This document shows, one piece after another, positions 30,325-43,289 of a stretch of DNA of 64,000 bases. The notes below the pieces were generated by a model that saw only the letters and a program-made list of their open reading frames with translations, did no database searches and was not told the DNA's origin. A program made the position numbers and the translations under genes. Every line of letters starts with the position of its first letter. Position 1 is the first letter of the stretch. Source of the DNA: the human T2T-CHM13v2.0 reference genome, Homo sapiens. The stretch lies in NCBI RefSeq assembly GCF_009914755.1, contig NC_060930.1; one strand, given 5' to 3'.

Positions 30325-31065
30325 AATTTTTCTTTTAACTGTAGCAATATATACGTAACATAAAATTTGCTTTATATTATTTACACTGAATGCAACATGT
30401 GGCGAAGTATACGTAACATAAAATTTGCTTTATATTATTTACACTGAATGTGACATTCAGTGACTTAAGTACATTTATGTTGTTCAACTATCACTAGAGT
30501 TTTTTTCATTTCCCAAACTGAAACTCTGTATAACTCCCCATTTCTCCCTCCCCCCAGCCCCTGGCACCACCATTCTACTTTCTATCTCTAAGAATTTGAC
30601 TACTCTAGATATCTCATATAAGTAGAATCATACAATATTTGCCCTTTGGTGACTGGCTTATTATACCTGGAGTAAGGTCCTCAAGGTTCATCCATGTTGT
30701 AGCATGTGTCAGAATTTCCTTCCTTTTTAAGGCTGAATTCCTTCGTGTGAGTATATGACATTTTGTTTATTTACTCAACCAGCAATAGACAGATTGGGTT
30801 GCTTCCACTTTTGGCTATTGTGAATAATACTGCTAGGAACATCTGATCAAGCCCCTGCTTTCAATTTTTTTGGGTATATACCCAGAAGTGAAATTGCTGG
30901 ATCGTGTGCTAATTCTACTTTAAAAATCTTGAGGATCTTCCACACTGTTTTCCACAGTAGCTGCACCATTTTACACTCCCACCAGCAGTGTAGAAGGTTC
31001 CCAATTTCTTTAAATCCTCTCCAACGCTTGTTACTTTTTTTTAAGTGACAACCATCCTAATGGGT
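30325..31065 (-). mobile_element. L1MB-like 3' fragment with an internal 58-bp-period duplication
   Basis: CCCCAGCCCCTGGCACCACCATTCTACTTTCT is an L1MB 3'UTR motif; 43-bp identical copies at 30350-30392 and 30408-30450. Confidence 0.8.
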
Positions 31066-32103
31066 ATTTAATAAAGTTTTTTTATTAGAATCATTTTTCT
31101 TTCTTCTTGTAAGCCACATCACTCATGCATGCTTCAGCTAACCACGCAACCCTGCTTTTTCATCTTCATTAAACATCAGCCTTTCACAGGATAACACTTG
31201 AGCTGTCTATTGCAACCAAGTTATAATCCTGCCTACTGGAGCTTTCAAGAATGATACCACTTATGTTTGGGAATGATCCTCTGTGGATGAAAGTAGGCAA
31301 AACAACATACCCTTCATTTTCACACTGAAGAAGGTCAACAACAGGCTGTATAAGGTATGGATAAAGCCAAAGGACACTGTAATATTCTACAAAACAATTA
31401 TCTGCAAACTGATGAGAAGTATCACATTAAATCTTCAGTATCAACTGTCATTAAATTTAACATGGAAATAGGTAAAATGAGACAGTTTAGAAATAAAATT
31501 GACTTTTTTTTAAAAAAAGAAACTATGGACTGGAAAGTGTATATACTTTAGATGATGTTCAGAGTGTAATAGATTCTAATGATCTATGTTTGTCAAGTCA
31601 CTTAACGATTTTGTTTTTGTCCCAAGTGAAATAGTCACAAATCCCCAAATGAATTACTGAATGTGAACAAATTTCTTTTTTGCCTGTTATCATTCGCTTC
31701 CTCTTCTCAGTTCTTCCTGCACACCAGCATGTTACTAAATCAGGCACAGTGATAAGCAAGAAGCTTGCCCTCCATTGGTTTCTATCTTAAATAATTACAA
31801 TCATTATCATCTAGAACCATACAGCTGGTTCTTGTGGAGAAATGTTTATGATGCTATCTTCAAATTAATAACACTACAGAAGGAGAAGGGTAGAATAATG
31901 TCAGAGGCATTAATCAGTAACACTCCAATAAGTGGTTTATAGCATTATAGTCACCTGACTTGCATTTATGAGATGCGGGATATTCTTTTAACTGCTCTGT
32001 TTGAGGTTTTTGATGAACATAAGATTAATTAGAAGAGATTTTACTGCTGGTTCAAAGTATGTTGTTCCTCATCATGAATGTAATCATTGATGACTGAAAT
32101 AAC

Positions 32104-32205
32104 TCATTTTGTAGCAAAATCATATCATTTTGTAGCATGATATGATACACCATATCATATGGTGTAATGATTTAAAAAAGCATTATTTTATCATTACACC
32201 ATATG
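32104..32205. repeat. Nested inverted-repeat and direct-repeat cluster
   Basis: Inverted repeats 32119-28/32137-46, 32146-55/32157-66 and 32156-71/32190-205; direct repeat 32104-16/32125-37. Confidence 0.9.
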
Positions 32206-32639
32206 CCACTGTAGTTGAGGCTTCGTCAGATTCCAAAGATACGTCATTTATCACAGAACTTCACCCTGAGGTAAACTGTGAGTTGAGATTCTATCAACAA
32301 TAAACGTGATGACTTCATCGTTTCATTTAAAGAGAAGTAAGCTCTGTGACTGTATATTGCTAGCTTCCTGTACTTTATGCTTCTGTAGGCACAGAAAGTA
32401 TTTTAAAACGTAGAATGGGGCTTTTCACACAAAAGAGTAACACAAAGGAATAGATCTGAAAGGATTGTCATCTGCGATCACTTCCTACCATCAGTTTTAA
32501 GTCAAATGGAAAAAGAGTTCTCATAAAAATGTCACTAGGTACTCTCAATGGCACTGAATTAGCTATTTGGGTACGGAAACGGATGTATTAAAGTATAAAA
32601 ATTGAAACCCACCAAACGTGTATCAAGTAGGGGAAAATC

Positions 32640-32980
32640 TGCCTGCGCCCCTAGTGCCCAAAACACTTAACCCTGAAGTACCAGGTGTCCCCAACCGCGG
32701 GCAAACCCAATCTTGGTTCACTTTGGCGTCTCGGAACTGACAGGGCTCCGTCAGATCTTCCGTTTCCCTCCTGCGCGTCCGTGATATTGATTGACAGCCT
32801 CTCCCCTCCCACCCTCCCTGGCGGCCCAGCCAGGCAGGCTGTTTTGTCAGCTGCTCCGCCCAGGCCGGACGAGGCCGCAGCCTGCCAGCCGGCTCCGGCC
32901 TCCACACCGCGGGAGCACGCCCCGCCTCGGCCTCGCCGCCGCTCGGGCTGACACTCTGCCTCCGGGCCCGGGGAGACCTT
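32640..32980. promoter_or_regulatory. Short CpG-rich promoter or enhancer (orphan CpG-island-like)
   Basis: About 28 CpGs in ~335 bp by hand count, in an otherwise CpG-poor window. CCAAT 32707-11, ETS-like CTTCCG ~32757, TGATTGACAG 32788-97, GC boxes ~32854 and ~32919. Confidence 0.75.
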
Positions 32981-33297
32981 TCCATCTGCAAATAACACTG
33001 GAGAATTCAGACTAATCGGTTCAGCTTCCCTGAGGCAAAGGGGGAAAAAAAATGTTTCTTCAAAGGAAAAGGATTAAGAGGGAAAGTGAGCAAAGGCTTG
33101 CCTGGTCTCCACTTAGGGAATCTGAAAGAGCACAATCAATTGAACAAATGCTTCACCTAATCATGGGGAAAGCAGGGTTGGAGAGGAGCTCTGTTTTGTG
33201 GGGTTTTGCTCTTGTAAGGTCACTTATGGAATCAGCTAATGGAAACAAGTTCTAAAGACTTAGACGGTGGAGAACATTTTCTTCACTCCACATTGTA

Positions 33298-33379
33298 TTA
33301 GGTTGGTGCAAAAGTAATTGCTGTTTTTGCATTACTTTTTAAAAAATGGCAAAAACTGCAATTACTTTTGCACTAACCT
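33298..33379. mobile_element. MADE1 (Hsmar1-derived MITE), miR-548-type hairpin
   Basis: TA|TTAGGTTGGTGCAAAAGTAATTGCTGTTTTTGC...GCAAAAACTGCAATTACTTTTGCACTAACCT. Confidence 0.95.
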
Positions 33380-33437
33380 GTCTTGTAATTTTTTGTTTTT
33401 CTCAAAAGGGTACTTTACTAGCCACAGTTCTTCATCC

Positions 33438-33441
33438 TGCA

Positions 33442-33472
<31 letters not shown>

Positions 33473-33475
33473 GCA
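33438..33475. repeat. (CA)n microsatellite with CGCG
   Basis: Seen directly in the sequence. Confidence 0.9.
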
Positions 33476-35914
33476 TCTATTGTTTATTCTGCTATTGAAG
33501 CAGTTACATAACAGGTTACCTGCAAAATGGGAGCTGGAAAAACATACATAGTTTTAATAAAGATCAAGCGACATTAGAGTCTATCATGGAAGAGCTCGAT
33601 ATATCCAAACTGGGAAACTATGAATCAAAATTTCATTAGAGAAATATTAGTGACTATTCTGACTTTTTTTTGTTTTTCCCTTTTTGATATTAGCCAGCTC
33701 TTCCTAAAAGTCTCTAGGCTGTTTCATCTGGAGTTCCCAAGCCCTCTTTCTCATTCATGATATCTACTTGGAAATTAGGTGTCTCAGTACAGCTGCTTGC
33801 TAATTGTAATTTAATTTGAATCTCACTTAAGAAAGCATTTTCTTTGGAGGGGGAGAAATCTTCAAGGAAAAAAATACTTTCAGGTCTTGATTTGTATAAC
33901 TAACCCTTGCACTTGGTAGGTCATTAGATCTCACTAGTTTGTAATGCAATCAGAGTCAGCATTCTGCTCTTAAGGGCTACTCGGTAATTTGCTTGTTAAT
34001 ATATTAGCACACAGCATTGATCAAATGGCTAATCCAATCACACGCTTGTAATCGATCTCTTATTGATTACCTAGTCTGGTGATCACTTTTGTTGGGTTCA
34101 GTCAATAGTAAATGCCAAGTAGCCTTTCACACACCTAATTAGCTTATGAAATAAACCAAACATTTTGCTTGGCCCTGAAGGCAAAGATCAATGGAAAGCT
34201 TTGGGGCTGAATTCAGATGATTTTTTCATCAACTTTTCTTCCTCTCTTCTGCAGCCACTCAAGTTCACATTAACACTCTCCCTCTGGTTTGAAGACATCT
34301 GAAAAGCAGCTGCCATGGTGGAGACGCTGAAGCAGCTGTAAGCCATAAATCACAAGGGTGAGGGATTCTGGGTTGCACATTGGCATGTGGTCTGTCAGGC
34401 CAGAAAAATAGAGACATAAAAGAGCCAAAGGTCAGAGGTATGTAGAGTTTAGAAGCCTGAACTTGTGCTATATTTTATGCAAGGAAACCTTGGCATTGGT
34501 GGGTCTTTCCAAATACACTTTAACTTTACCGTGCTGACATGGTACTTGATTAGATCTTTACTTCTCTGAATGAGCTGACTGTAGCTTCCTGCTACTCATC
34601 TTGCTACTGTTAATTTGATCGTGTATCTTCTTGCCTTCATCCAGAGGACCAGTCCCTCCAAGGGTAATTGGGTTAAATAACAACTTTCCAGTTGCATCCA
34701 AGATTGTTAAAGTTTGAAATGAAAGCAGTATTGGAGATGGTTTGGCTGATGCTTATCACATGACTTTAAGGAAGAACCTACTCTTATGGACCCAACCCCA
34801 TTCCTCACTTTCCCTATAGAATAGACCTCATCATAGAAACATTTGCCTAGGGCCTGAGTAATCACAGACCTGCCTGGTGATTCAAAGCAGGAAAGTGAGT
34901 AGGATAGCTTTCCTGGAAATTACTGACAGCTACACAGTTAATTTCCCGGAGCAATATATGGTAATGACTCTCAATGATGGGATGTTCCAAGTTCCAAAAC
35001 ACAACACCAGGCTGGTGGAGTGTAACCAAGTCTCTGTTGGCAAAGAAAAGTGTAGAACTGAAGCATGATCTAAAATCAATCCCAGAATTTTCCTGTCTGA
35101 ATTGCCATTTTTAGAACAAAGAATTCACCAAATGACTTTCAATTTCTTTTTAAAGAAAAGCAAATTTCCGGAAACCATAGTTGGCTTATATGATTATGTC
35201 AAATTTTCCTGAGGATTTAAAACAATAGCTTTATGGTCAAAAATATAAGCAATCCATCAATCAATCAAACAAGTAAATCCACATACTTGGCAGGGCAGAC
35301 GAAGCATTATTTGTCAGGGCAAATGAACACAAGTAACCTTTCCTTAGGACTTATCTAGACAATTTCACCAAATTTCATCTTGCTTTGAAGATAAGATCTA
35401 TTAATACAATAAAAAGCAAAGTGATTATTTAAGTTTAGCTGTTTATCAATTTTTTAAAAAAAAAAATTCCTTTTTCAAAACCAGCTTTATAGAGTAGTTT
35501 ATTTTGGTTATTTAGCATTTTTGGTGGTCTTCATGTTAAACACACACACACACACAAACTGTACATACCATTGTACAGATTACTTCACATTTAAAAGTAC
35601 TTATGATCATTTTCATGTGTGTGTGGAATCAAATTATTTATTTGAAAATTAAACTTAGATACAGAGAAAAGATAAGCTTACCAGAAGTGGCATGACTTAG
35701 CAGAGTTGAAATAAAACAGATTTCTATTTCTAAAAGAGATCGTGGAATTAGGACTATCCTTTTTCCAACCAGATTGTGAAAACTGATCTGAAGCAAAATA
35801 GAAATTGGTGATTTAGCTGGTGGGGCTCCTGCATTGCTTTTCTGGGCTGCTTCTCCTCACAAGTTTTTACCTCCAGACCTTGACTGTTCTGTATAAGGAA
35901 CCAGGTGAATAGAC

Positions 35915-36150
35915 AGAATTGCTTAAGCACTAGAGCCAGGCTACCTGGGTTGAAATCCCCACTCTGTCATTTACTGACTGTGACCTTGGAGTTTTTTAAC
36001 CTCTCTTTGCCTCAATTTTGCCACGTGTAAAAGAGGAATAATTGCAGAATCTACCTCATGAGGTTTTTATAAGAATCAGACAAGTCATTAGATGTAAAAA
36101 AAACTTTTAAACGATACCTGGAACTCTGTAAGCACTCCGGAAACACTGTC
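35915..36150 (+). mobile_element. MIR
   Basis: GAGCCAGGCTACCTGGGTTGAAATCCC...TGTGACCTTGG. Confidence 0.8.
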
Positions 36151-39100
36151 TATTCTGGCCATTACTCTCTGCCTAAAAATGATCTGAAATTTCTTCAACT
36201 CCTTGTGTTACTCACCTCAGGACCTCCTCGAGGTCCAGCAGGGTTTTAAATATTCTGATAGTTTATTTCAGAAACTTCATTTTAAGCAGCAGGCCACAGA
36301 AGAAAGAAATCTTAATACTTTTGCAGCAGGTAACAGTTCAATGTGTTATTCTTTCCAGGGTTGTTTACATTTAAAAAGAAGCTGCTGAGAGGCAATAATG
36401 AAATCCCCGTACATTCTCAGACTTAACAGTTATGATCTGAAGTATTCAAACTCTGGTCTCAAACACTGACTATTCTCAGGGCTCAAATTTGACATCAGTA
36501 CACTGGGGGGCTGGTGTCAGAGAGCTACTGGAGAACTTAGCACCTGATAATTCTCCTTCACCTTAATTCTGCAGTGCCACGAAAGATGGCCAACTATGGG
36601 AAACACTGTTGGGAGTTAAGAGAAAGTGAGCGATGTAAGAAAGGGATGGCTTTTCACTCCTCCAAAAGGAATCTGTGGGAAGGATTGCTGTACTTTGGCC
36701 CAGACTGGGGCGACCAGGTGAAGACAACCTTGTGAGCTTGCCATTCAGCTATTACTCATTAAAGGAGTCATAGGTTATTCCACACTGAAACCAATAAGTA
36801 CATAAGCAAGTCAAAATAGAATTATTAGACTTGTTAGCAATTTATTTTAGTCAATGTAACTAAAGGGTATAAATTACATAATTTCCTTCTGTGGGGATCT
36901 GTAAAAATAGGACAGAGCTCTACTTTCGGGAGCATTGCATAGCTAGGACACACTTGAATGATCAATTTCTAGAATTTTTTTTTCTCCTATGCTGTAATTC
37001 CATGACTCCATCATTTCAAGGTTTTGTTTTACCATTTTTTTCATTCAGTGCACTGGTGAATTCAAGTTAGGAAAAAAAAAGCATGCTATCTTTTACAACT
37101 ATTTACATTTCATCATCCAGCACCAGCAATAAGTGAATTTATAAGGGTTTTCCATCTTGTAAAATAATCACAGCCTACTTACCACTGGAAATAATTGTTG
37201 ATCCTTTGGTAAATTACATATTATTTCCCCCACATGTAAATAGCATTTCCATAGGCTACAAGCTTCTAATGTGTACCAATGAACTGCGAGTTATGTGTAC
37301 AAATATCAACAAGATTTAGTGAACCTATCAGAGCTAGCAGGATTGTGAAAATCTGTTTTTCTTATCTGTAGAATCCAGTAGGTTATGGGTTCTCAACTGT
37401 TATTTTAAACATAAAATAAATATACAGAATGTTTGTTTTTTCCAAGTTGAAGTAAGATTTTTTTAAAATATAACTACTGAAAATGTTTAATTAATTTGGT
37501 TAGATACAAATTAGAGCAATCACTTAAGTATACTCAAATCTATAGAGACACTTGAAAAGGGTGTACATTTAAAAAACAATAAATATTTGGAATCACAATG
37601 CCAAAAATGACTATATTTTGTATAAATATTCCTTATGAAATGACATAATTGGCAGATGTTAAGTGAATATATTCAGCCTATTTAAGGCTATATTGAATGA
37701 AGTATATACTATATTGAATAAAGTAATGATTAGACAAATGTATGAAATAAACAGATACCAGTTGTCCAATGTTAATTCCAATCATTTTGAAAAATCAAAA
37801 ATATGAATATTTTTCTCTTCCATAAATATAAATGAAAATAAATTATGAGATTTATGTGTATATTAACAATTATAAAGTACTTCAATATCTAGTTTTATTT
37901 TGGGTTTTTTGAGGAGCCGATTTGTTTTTGTTCCATTTTTTAATGAGTTAGTTTTGGAGGTTAAAGGATGAAAGCCCATTTTAAACTATTAATTAAAGTG
38001 CAGAAATAAACAGTAAAATATTTTTAAAATTAAGTGTAAAGCATATGTATTCATTTTAGTGAAACCATAGTTGTGAGCAATCTGCCATTGTGTATCCAGT
38101 TGAAGTGAATGCTTTTAAAGCAATAAAAACTGGCTTTTAAATGGACAGAACAAAACCTTGATGTTTAGATGAACCACCTCTTTGCAGACTTCTTCTACTC
38201 AATGAAATTCAAATATACTTTCTAAATGAACTCATTGCAAAGGATGGTTCATGAATTATAACTTTGTTTTGTGCATTATTTAAATATAATATGCTAACAA
38301 GGAGCTAACCGGTAAATTCCAGGTTCCTGCTGTGATACTATATTTCAAATATACTTTCAATTCCTAAGAAAGAAATGAAGACATTTTCTGAAATCAGGCT
38401 GCAAACATGCTTTTATTCATCTATAGTTTTTGCTTTTAGAGAGTATACATTTTAACCAAAAAGAGAGTGACACATAACATCAGGTTTGCCAAAACTAAAG
38501 TTCATAAAAGTGACACACGATCTGGTGGCACTCTCTGGAAAAGCGATTTGGCAATGAGGTCAGAGTGCTTATTGTAGGAGCCTTGGAAGTTGACCTTTGT
38601 TCTTCGACCTTCCACTGTGAAGAGGATGGCCAAAGAGAGAGACCTAATAACTAACAAATAAGGCTTTTCCTATTTTCCCCTGTCCTGCCAATTTAGGAGA
38701 AGAAAGAGAGGGAAGGAGGAAAGGAGGGAAAAACAGGCAGACAGTCTAATTAGGTACAAACCTCCATCATCAGTCACTTCATGGTAGAAAGCCATTAAAG
38801 CAACCATGTAGGTTATTAAGGAATTTTTCAAATCTCAGATGGGAATTTGAAATTCATATTCTTGAGTCAGTAAACTAGCCTGTCTTATGTTTACAGATGC
38901 ATTCATCAAACCTAACTGAAGTTATGTTTACTATTCATGAAATAACTATTACATTTGCTAAATCACACAAAACATTTTATGCACCCCCATCCAGAGCTAC
39001 TCAGCTACGGCAGTTTTTCCTGTGCTACATTTAAACTCTCTTTACAAAAGGAAGAGGGAATTGGCAAGGAAATAATTTGATTGTGTGGTATTTACCCAAA

Positions 39101-39164
39101 GGAAAGCAATTTTTAAAGTATGTATTGAGATCCGTAAACACTGAAAGTTAAGGTAGGAGTACTA

Positions 39165-39390
39165 ATGAAAGCTAATACTTATTCAGCACTCGTGGGGTGC
39201 CAGGCATTGTGCTACGATGTTTGCATGAATTCACTCACTCACCTCTCCCAACATTTCTTTGAGGTAGTTAACGTTTTTTTATTTTTTTATTTTTTTTATT
39301 TTTTATGGATGATGAAATTGAGACTTAGAAAAGATAAAGAGCTTGCCCCAGATCAAGTAGTACCTAAAGAAGCTAGAATTTGAGACTAAA
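39165..39390 (-). mobile_element. MIR
   Basis: TGCCAGGCATTGTGCTA...GATGATGAAATTGAGACTTAGA. Confidence 0.7.
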
Positions 39391-40336
39391 TAAGAAAGGA
39401 CTCAAAGGCAGGCAGGCAGTAGTGAGCCCATGGGCCACCAATTTGCACAGCCCTTTTCAGGAACTACATTTAGATAATGAATCCAGACCACCTCAGCCAT
39501 CAACAATTGCATTCCATTCCATATACTATGTTTGCAAATTACTTTTTGAAAAAGATTGTTCCAAGACTGAACCAAAAGGAATTTTGCATTAGATCTGAAT
39601 TAACCAGACTATTGACTTCATCAGAAAGCCCACTTCCTCATACATTCCTCTTCAACAAGACTTTGCTGCTTCATAACTCAATAGAGCAGTCACAAATCAC
39701 AATAGATTCACAAAAGAACTCAACAGAACAATTACAAATTGGGAAAAATACTCCTATGTAATTGGAATACTTTAAAAGTTGTTAGTGTAAAGTTTCAGCA
39801 GATAAAGTATAATTGCCTTAGCTAAAATTTAACTGCCACATAGCCTGCCCTTACATAAAACAGGGCAAAATGCTTGGTAAATACAGCACTGATAAATATG
39901 GGTGCAAGAAAATATCACCGGCATCCCCCACACCATGCTGGGACATCAGTTCTATGACAGTTTTAGAGCAAAGGGGTCATTGGGGCTGCCCCTACCTTCT
40001 GTCATGTAGAAGTCATTACTTATGAAATCAGGTGCAGTTGAAACCAGGACATAAACAGTTTGCCCTTTCTGAGACGAAAGGTCAAAGATAGCTACACATT
40101 TGGAAGATAGGAGCAATAGAAGGATCACACAATTACAATTTTTTGCATTTTTAATCTTTTATATTTAATATTTAAAAACAATTTTTACATCTTTCACCGC
40201 AGGAATTTCCAGTTTGTAAATTGGAAAGCGCTGGAAAGCTGAGCCCCACTCAGTAACAAGACAACTCCAATCAAAGCAAGTGTTTGCAGGCATCAAAGTC
40301 AAGCTTGGCTGGGACAGCCAAGGGCAGCCCAGAGGT

Positions 40337-40370
40337 CCTTCTCATAGTACTACCTTCTCATAGTACTACC
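40337..40370. repeat. 16-bp perfect tandem duplication
   Basis: CCTTCTCATAGTACTA twice. Confidence 0.9.
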
Positions 40371-40684
40371 CTGTCTTGAGCAAAGCCCCTTCTGGGACCA
40401 TCAGCAGGATTTGGCTGACTAACAGAGGGCAAATTTCATGCTGGTTTGAGCCTAATGCCTCTTTGTTTTTACTGCATTTTTACTTACAAAGGGACTTGTG
40501 CAAAACAAAACATAGAATAAGATTTCAAAGTTTTAGGGGGCAATGTGGGTTTGGCTACAAATTTTCAGAGGAACATAAAACCAAAAACACAAGCTGTGGC
40601 CTTATTCTGAGTAATTTCAGAAGAAAATAAGCCCTTTTGGAAATGTATGCACATACATTTCTGATGTAGGTTGGAATGTGCTGG

Positions 40685-40945
40685 TTGCAATGCTGGAGAT
40701 GTGGATTTACAATATGCATTGGAATTAGGCAAACCTGAGTTCATGTCACACTTCTGCTATTTATTATTTATGTAGCCTGAGAGAAGTCCCTTAATTTCTT
40801 GATTCTTTAATTTCCCGCACCTTACAATGAGCATAATGAGAGTGCTTACCCCATAGAAGAGGGATTATTAAATGAGACAAATTACAGAAGGCACTTTCAG
40901 CAATGCCTACCATGTATTAAGTGTTCAGTAAATGCCAAGTTGTTG
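40685..40945 (+). mobile_element. MIR
   Basis: AAACCTGAGTTCA...CAATGCCTACCATGTATTAAGTGTTCAGTAAATG. Confidence 0.7.
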
Positions 40946-42870
40946 TTGTAAGTCTTATAAGATCTACCACTTGGTTGAACTTCACTAAGATTCCGAAGAG
41001 TTCTCTCTCTCTTTCTTTCCTGCCTCCCACCGCCTGCATTGGAGCTGCCTTCTTTGCCACCATGTTTGGAATTTGGTAACACCAATTCCAAAATGTTTTA
41101 CAAAAGGATGCACAAGTGATTCTGGGAAGCTAAAATGACAATCCCATCAGAATTGGCATGTTCCCTGAGAAAATGCAAACACTAAAAGATAAGAGATTTG
41201 AGGAAATCATACAATGGAATTTGAATTCTTAGTGGATCTAGCCATTCCAAATATTTTCATAGGATATGTTCAAAGTGACTTGGAAAAAGAGTAAAAACAA
41301 AGTTAAGAAAGCTAAAGGAATTGATAATATGTGCCATTCAGAGAAAATCTTTTTTGCTTTGGAACATTTTAAATGATCACATGAAAAGATTTTTGGATCT
41401 TACATTAAATTATTGCTTACTAATTTGCAAGATAAAAGAGAATTGGGATGGAAATATAATTTTCTATTGAGTGAAAATGAATACAAATTAAAGTGTTACA
41501 TTCTTAGGTTAGAAAATGTGCTTGACTTCAAAAAGAGTTTTGGGATTCACTCATATTCCCATATATATTTAATGAAATGTAACATGCTACTGAAACATTG
41601 CTTTCTGCCAATACTTTATGCCAGAGTCTAAGAAACGCTGAGGATTAATAGCAGAGAAAAATGCTCCTCTGTTTGGCTGAATAAACATTACACAAACACT
41701 AAACTCTGTGTGGGATCATTAGTTTTTTCATCACACTATTTCTAGAATTGAAAAATCACAAATCCTTCTCCAGCTTAGTTCTTTTTTGCAACAAAAGCAT
41801 TACTCAGACCAGCTAAAATGTATTCTTTAGGATTCTGACATCTCCGGAATGTCAAACAGGTTCAGTGGACACCAAGTACAGATTCTCTCTTTCATGTGGA
41901 AAGGTTAAGTAAGAAAAGACTTCATGTGAGGAAACTGCCCCATCATTCACAGTTATTTTAATTTAATCTGAGTGTGCTTCAATTTACATATAAACTGGAA
42001 TGTTGTCTCAGAAAAAAAAATCTATTTCAAGGAAATCAACCTTTGGAGTAAATAAAACTGACAATTTAAAAAAGTGATGAACATTTTAAGACTATATATG
42101 CATTTGAGAGAAGCCAGCATAACCATAATGTAAGATTAGCCTTATTTTAATATGAACTATCCATAAAAACATTATGCATATATTCTTTGACTCAAACAAT
42201 TGGTTTTATAGCCTTCTGAAATTTTGAAAGACTTATGGTCTTTAATATGCTATAGCTGTTAACCAGATAAGCATATTTTTCTGGAAGATATTCCTTTCAT
42301 AGAATATAAATTAACCACAGACATGACAAAATGGCCAAAGCTGGCAGGAAGAGGAGAGAGCTGGATGATATTAAGAAATTAAATGAATAAAATATGGTAA
42401 ACTTTTGTCAACAAATATTTAACCATGGAATTGTTTTTATTGTAACCTTAAAAGAAGAGAATATGATTGACAAGTAATATTTGCATATTTGCTCCTTGTT
42501 AATTATAATTATTTATTCTTAATCTGATTGACTTATAAGAATAAACATAATACTATGGTTTTCCTGCACCTCCTCAATAAATGATTGTAGTAACTTTGCT
42601 TAAAAGTTTAACTTGACTCTAATTCTTTCAGTCCCCTTAGGAAGTTATATAACAAGTATATTTAATTTAAACTTTAGTGCACTAAAGTTTTTAAAGTAAA
42701 TTTTAAACTTATGCTGATTAACCTTAATGCGTAAGTCCAGAGGAGCACTACAGTTAATACTTAGTGCATAAATCTGTGGAAGGAGAAGAGTTCTTTTCTT
42801 TGTTTGTTTGTTTGTTTGTTGCCCCTTTGCCCCTTCATGGGGTCTGAAGTCAGCTTCAGATTCAGATTAA

Positions 42871-43247
<377 letters not shown>

Positions 43248-43289
43248 AAGATTTTTTTTATGTCTGAAATTTCATTATTAAAACTTTAT

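Noticed and set aside
32623-33015. Overlapping 74-122 aa ORFs on both strands
   Set aside because: Stop-codon depletion in GC-rich DNA; low-complexity Ala/Pro/Arg/Gly peptides with no recognisable domain.
22822-40370. Short direct repeats as a possible CRISPR-like array
   Set aside because: Only isolated two-copy duplications with no regular repeat-spacer periodicity, in a eukaryotic context.
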